Positions 59,855 through 64,000 of a stretch of DNA of 64,000 nucleotides are shown here, piece after piece. Under the pieces are notes generated by a model. The model searched no databases. It saw nothing but the letters and a program-made list of their open reading frames with translations, and had not been told where the DNA came from. Source of the stretch: Nitrosopumilus sp. (GTDB taxonomy: Archaea; Thermoproteota; Nitrososphaeria; Nitrososphaerales; Nitrosopumilaceae); the NCBI GenBank assembly GCA_965205425.1, contig CBDBGZ010000009.1:1056001-1120000 (forward strand), given 5' to 3'. The position numbers and the translations under genes were made by a program. Each line of letters starts with the position of its first letter. Position 1 is the stretch's first letter.

Positions 59855-61239
59855 TTTGTGGCACTCCTTAACCATCCTAAATTATTATTGTAAAATTCTC
59901 TTACATCATCTAGATCATATTTTAGCATAGCAATTCGTTCGATTCCTCCACCCCAAGCTAAAACAGGTTTGGTAATTCCTAGAGGTTTTGTTACTTCAGG
60001 TCTAAAAATACCCATTCCAAATAATTCAATCCATTTTCCCAATTTTTCATTGTACACCATCGTTTGAAGGGATGGTTCGGTATATGGAAAAAATGTTGGC
60101 CAAAATTTAATTTTCGTAATTCCTATTCGTTTGTAAAATTCACGTTGAATTCCCATTAAATTTCTTAGATTAGCATCTTTTCCAACAACTACTCCTTCAA
60201 TTTGATTAAATTCAACAAGATGTTTGTAACTAACCTTTTCGTTACGGAATACTCTACCCAATGAGAAAATTTGTGCCTCATCAGGTTTCTGTTCAGCTAA
60301 ATGTTTGATAGTAACACAAGTCGTATGTGTTCTTAGAACCATTTTTCTTGCTTCGTTAATATCCCATTGATATCTCCAATTCTTTTTGTGAGATTCAGAA
60401 ACTTTTCTAATTTGTTCGGGTGTGCCAATTTTTTTTGCATTAATTCTATCTAGATAAAACGTATCTTGTAATTCTCTTGCAGGATGATCTTGTGGAGTGA
60501 ATAGAGCATCAAAATTCCAAAAGCTTGATTGTGTCATGTTACCAAGAATTTCGGAGAAACCAAGTGTAACAAATATTTCTCGAATTTCATCTATTGTATC
60601 TTTAAGAGGATGAGTTCTTGCAACAAAAACTTCTGGAACTTTAGCTTCTACATCAATTCCACCAGTTGAATCAGAAAGAATGATAGATTTTGCAGAATCT
60701 GATAAAATAATTTCCTGAGTCTTTAATACATCTTCAATAATAAAATCAGGTCGTTTCAAAAGCGAAGATAAATCATCTACATCAATTTTATTTTTGGGTA
60801 ATTTTTCATTTCCAATAAGTTTGAGAGTTTTTTCTCCAGGAAGTTCTGATGGGGAATTTTTAAGGATGATTTGATCATTTGATGCTACAACCCAATTATT
60901 TTTTCTAGCTAAACCCATTGATGGTCCAAAGACAAAACCTAATTCTTTTTGTAAATCAGATAATTTTTTGGGTCCATTCTTTAGTAAATTTAACAATCTT
61001 CTTTCAGGTAATCCTTTTTCAAAAGATTCAATTCCATTCTTACCTAAGCTAATGACACTTGATTTAGATTCATTTACAATTGCCAATTCTTTCAATCTGA
61101 GCCATTCAATTCCTCGTCTAATTTGATCAGGTGAAAGTTGTGTAGATTTTTCAAGGGAATCAGGAGTTTGTTTTTGAATATCTCGTAGAGAGGTAATAAT
61201 TTTTTTTTCAATTTCATGAAAAACTTGCGACAACAGCAA
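59845..61239 (-). CDS. pheS: Phenylalanine--tRNA ligase alpha subunit
   Basis: FWNFDALFTPQDHPAR, LRTHTT, FPYTEPS. Confidence 0.96.
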   Translation of the reverse strand: MLLSQVFHEIEKKIITSLRDIQKQTPDSLEKSTQLSPDQIRRGIEWLRLKELAIVNESKSSVISLGKNGIESFEKGLPERRLLNLLKNGPKKLSDLQKELGFVFGPSMGLARKNNWVVASNDQIILKNSPSELPGEKTLKLIGNEKLPKNKIDVDDLSSLLKRPDFIIEDVLKTQEIILSDSAKSIILSDSTGGIDVEAKVPEVFVARTHPLKDTIDEIREIFVTLGFSEILGNMTQSSFWNFDALFTPQDHPARELQDTFYLDRINAKKIGTPEQIRKVSESHKKNWRYQWDINEARKMVLRTHTTCVTIKHLAEQKPDEAQIFSLGRVFRNEKVSYKHLVEFNQIEGVVVGKDANLRNLMGIQREFYKRIGITKIKFWPTFFPYTEPSLQTMVYNEKLGKWIELFGMGIFRPEVTKPLGITKPVLAWGGGIERIAMLKYDLDDVREFYNNNLGWLRSATKCQ

Positions 61240-61284
61240 AGAATCCGAAAAAGACTTTTTAAACCTTAACCTAAGTCAAGATGA

Positions 61285-62397
61285 ATGTCAGCTGATGACT
61301 TTATTGTAACTCCTTGGCATGTCGAGGGGGATATTGACTATGATAAATTAATCAAGCAATTTGGCACAGAAAAAATTTCTACAGACTTACTGGAGAGGAT
61401 TAAACAAATTACTGGAGAGGACAATTTCATGCTTAGAAGAGGTATTTTCTTCTCTCATAGAGAAATGATCAGAATATTAGATGAATATGAAAAAGGTAAC
61501 AAATTCTTTCTATACACTGGAAGAGGACCATCTGGACATACCCATATTGGACATTTGGTACCTTGGATGTTTGCTAAATGGTTACAAGAAAAATTTGATG
61601 TCAATATGTATTTCCAACTTACAGATGATGAGAAATTCTTCTCAAAGCCAAATTTAACTTTGGAAGAAACAAGAAAATTTGCATATGAGAATGCATTGGA
61701 TTTTATTGCTTTAGGATTCAAACCAGAAAAAACTAAGATTATTATCAATACAAAAAATATTCAAACACTTTATCCAATTGCAGCTCAAGTAGCAAAAAAA
61801 ATTAATTTTTCAAACACAAAAGCAACATTTGGATTTACTAATGAAACAAATATTGGAATGATTTTTTACACATCATTACAATCTGCGCCGTGTTTTATTG
61901 AAGACAAACCAGTTTTAATTCCATTAGGAGTTGATCAAGATCCTCATTTTAGACTAACACGTGACATAGCACAAAAAATTGGAAAACAAAAACCTGCATT
62001 AATTCACAACATAATGATTCCAGCTTTAGAAGGTCCAGGAGGAAAAATGTCAGCATCAGATGATAAAGGTACAGTTTACACAACAGATTCTCCAGAGGTA
62101 GTGAAAAAGAAAATTAACAAACATGCATTTTCAGGTGGACAGCCAGATATTGAGCAACACAGAAAACTTGGTGGGAATCCAGACATTGATGTTTCATATC
62201 AATATCTTAGAATATTTTTTGAACCAGATGATGAGAAATTAAAAACGATTTATGAAGATTACAAATCAGGAAAATTACTTTCAGGAGAATTAAAAGCAAT
62301 TTTAATTGAGAAAATTAATGCATTTCTTACAGTTCATCAAGAAAATAGAGAAAAAGCAAAAAACCAGATAGACCAGTTCCTATTTGAGGATAAATGA
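61285..62397 (+). CDS. trpS: Tryptophan--tRNA ligase
   Basis: VTPW, YTGRGPS, HIGH, DQDPHFR, KMSAS. Confidence 0.96.
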   Translation: MSADDFIVTPWHVEGDIDYDKLIKQFGTEKISTDLLERIKQITGEDNFMLRRGIFFSHREMIRILDEYEKGNKFFLYTGRGPSGHTHIGHLVPWMFAKWLQEKFDVNMYFQLTDDEKFFSKPNLTLEETRKFAYENALDFIALGFKPEKTKIIINTKNIQTLYPIAAQVAKKINFSNTKATFGFTNETNIGMIFYTSLQSAPCFIEDKPVLIPLGVDQDPHFRLTRDIAQKIGKQKPALIHNIMIPALEGPGGKMSASDDKGTVYTTDSPEVVKKKINKHAFSGGQPDIEQHRKLGGNPDIDVSYQYLRIFFEPDDEKLKTIYEDYKSGKLLSGELKAILIEKINAFLTVHQENREKAKNQIDQFLFEDK

Positions 62398-62675
62398 AAA
62401 TCCAAATTACATGTGAGGATAAATACGAGGCTCAAAAATTAGCCAGTCTTATTTTCATCAAAGAAGGAAAAGAGACATACATTACAGGAATTTTAAATAT
62501 TGTCAAAAATGAGTTGGTAATTTCATTGAAAGATAAATCTGCTCACAGCATATTACTCAAAAATGAAGAGGACGTCGAAAGTTTTGCAGATTTTATTCAA
62601 TCAGTTATCGATAAAGAACATACCTTGATTTCAACTAAAATTAACGAGTATGTTGTAGAAATAGTCAAAGAGTAA
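62394..62675 (+). CDS. Hypothetical protein
   Basis: 93-aa ORF coupled to the trpS stop (ATGA overlap). Confidence 0.75.
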   Translation: MKIQITCEDKYEAQKLASLIFIKEGKETYITGILNIVKNELVISLKDKSAHSILLKNEEDVESFADFIQSVIDKEHTLISTKINEYVVEIVKE

Positions 62676-62677
62676 TT

Positions 62678-62761
62678 TTATAGGCCATAGAAGGCATACG
62701 CAGTTACAATTCCAACAACAACAATTAGAGATATTCCTAATGCTTTGAAATCACTATTCAT
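62678..62761 (-). CDS. Candidate single-TM microprotein (27 aa)
   Basis: MNSDFKALGISLIVVVGIVTAYAFYGL; AT-rich TATA-like tract upstream. Confidence 0.55.
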   Translation of the reverse strand: MNSDFKALGISLIVVVGIVTAYAFYGL

Positions 62762-62823
62762 GAATTTATTTTGAAATAATTATAATTAAAGTGTTAACAA
62801 ATTCTCAAAGATGGTTTTACTAT

Positions 62824-63933
62824 CTATCTAGGAAAATATTTACTCTTTTTCGATTTTGGTCTTGATCTGTCTTCGGATTGTTTTGGCGTAGGTTCTCTAA
62901 TTTGGTTACAGTTTAAACAAAATACCTTTAATTCTTCTCTAGCAAGATCTGGTGACGAAATATATTTTCCCCAGGAGGCAGCATCACCACCACGACCAGA
63001 ATTATCAGAAGTGACATTTTCAGAAATTGGACTTATTCCTAATGCTCTTTCATCGTTAAAACCACAATTGGAACAGGTTTTTCCACCTAAAATTTCATAT
63101 AATTTTTCTTTAATCGTTTCAAAAAATTTGTCTGAACCACCTGAAAAGAAACTTTCTCGTTTTCTCAAAAATTTATCATTTCGTGGCTTTCTAGATCTTG
63201 AATTATCTCTACTAGATTCTCGTCTAGGCGAAGAACGTGAACCTCTATCATCTCTGGAATATCTATCATTTCCTGAATCTTGTGGTTTGTTTTGTCTGAA
63301 ACAATCACTACAGTAAACAGGTTTGTTACTTCTTGGAACAAATGGCACTGTACATTCAGTACCGCAATCAGAGCAAGTTACAGTTGTAGATTCATCTCTA
63401 CGATCGTTTCGTGAACCTCTATCATCTCTGGAATATCTATCATTTCCTGAATCTTGTGGTTTGTTTTGTCTGAAACAATCACTACAGTAAAGTGGTTTAT
63501 TATTTCTTGGAACAAATGGCACTGTACATTCAGTACCGCAATCAGAGCAAGTTACAGTTGTAGATTCATCTCTACGATCGTTTCGTGAACCTCTATCATC
63601 TCTGGAATATCGTGAACCTCTATCATCTCTGGAATATCGTGAACCTCTATCATCTCTGGAATATCTATCATTTCCTGAATCTTGTGGTTTGTTTTGTCTG
63701 AAACAATCACTACAGTAAAGTGGTTTATTATTTCTTGGAACAAATGGCACTGTACATTCAGTACCGCAATCAGAGCAAGTTACAGTTGTAGATTCATCTC
63801 TACGATCGTTTCGTGAATATCTTGAACCTCTATCATCCCCAGAATTTCTAAAAGAACGAGATGTATTATTATCACGTCTTGAATTTCTTCCATCTGTTTT
63901 TCCATCTGAATACTTTGATTTGTAGAGTTCCAT
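62824..63933 (-). CDS. Triple CxxC-x17-CxxC zinc-finger protein with R/D/S linkers and C-terminal degenerate HNH-like domain
   Basis: Three CSDC...VPFVP...YCSDC modules; C-terminal GGKTCSNCG...FCLNCN. Confidence 0.85.
   Translation of the reverse strand: MELYKSKYSDGKTDGRNSRRDNNTSRSFRNSGDDRGSRYSRNDRRDESTTVTCSDCGTECTVPFVPRNNKPLYCSDCFRQNKPQDSGNDRYSRDDRGSRYSRDDRGSRYSRDDRGSRNDRRDESTTVTCSDCGTECTVPFVPRNNKPLYCSDCFRQNKPQDSGNDRYSRDDRGSRNDRRDESTTVTCSDCGTECTVPFVPRSNKPVYCSDCFRQNKPQDSGNDRYSRDDRGSRSSPRRESSRDNSRSRKPRNDKFLRKRESFFSGGSDKFFETIKEKLYEILGGKTCSNCGFNDERALGISPISENVTSDNSGRGGDAASWGKYISSPDLAREELKVFCLNCNQIREPTPKQSEDRSRPKSKKSKYFPR
63235..63836. repeat. Three near-identical ~180-bp coding repeats with an internal 27-bp tandem unit (RYSRDDRGS)
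   Basis: CGTGAACCTCTATCATCTCTGGAATAT occurs three times in tandem at about 63584-63664 and once in each of the other linkers. Confidence 0.93.
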
Positions 63934-64000
63934 TGATAGAGAATTTGAGATCAATTGGTTATAGATACTTAGAGCTTTGATTTGTGCCTAGAATAAAAAA

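Noticed and set aside
63584..63664. 27-bp direct repeats as a CRISPR array
   Set aside because: Repeats are contiguous with no unique spacers, are in-frame coding, and no cas genes are in the window.

Overview
AT-rich archaeal chromosome segment. Gene content and protein style (TopoVI A/B, archaeal histone, eIF2-beta, S17e, MoaD-Cgi121 fusion, CFI-box-CTERM tail, cupredoxin) point to a Nitrosopumilus-like ammonia-oxidising thaumarchaeon; this is an inference from recognised families, not a database result. Most of the window is housekeeping: translation and tRNA modification, nucleotide and cofactor synthesis, valS/pheST/trpS, aconitase, H+-PPase, and a complete pstSCAB-phoU phosphate locus. 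Three tRNA genes are present (Cys, Thr, Trp). Accessory content falls in two zones. At 1-8053 there is an IS630 end, an IS630-derived MITE, two IS1595 copies and a shattered NDT-like/wHTH gene beside a HEPN-motif gene. At 53705-56629 a 910-bp IS1595 carries two different nested IS5-family elements, with all three target duplications intact. Unannotated signals read directly from the DNA include a box C/D sRNA (2298-2356), a GC-rich two-hairpin RNA ending in ACA upstream of the EVE gene (~57971-58160), a long hairpin convergent on the AIPR gene, an apparent ATT start codon for uppS, shared frameshifts in synonymously diverged IS1595 copies, a candidate PHO-box and several micro-ORFs. All product calls come from motif recognition by eye; no searches were run.
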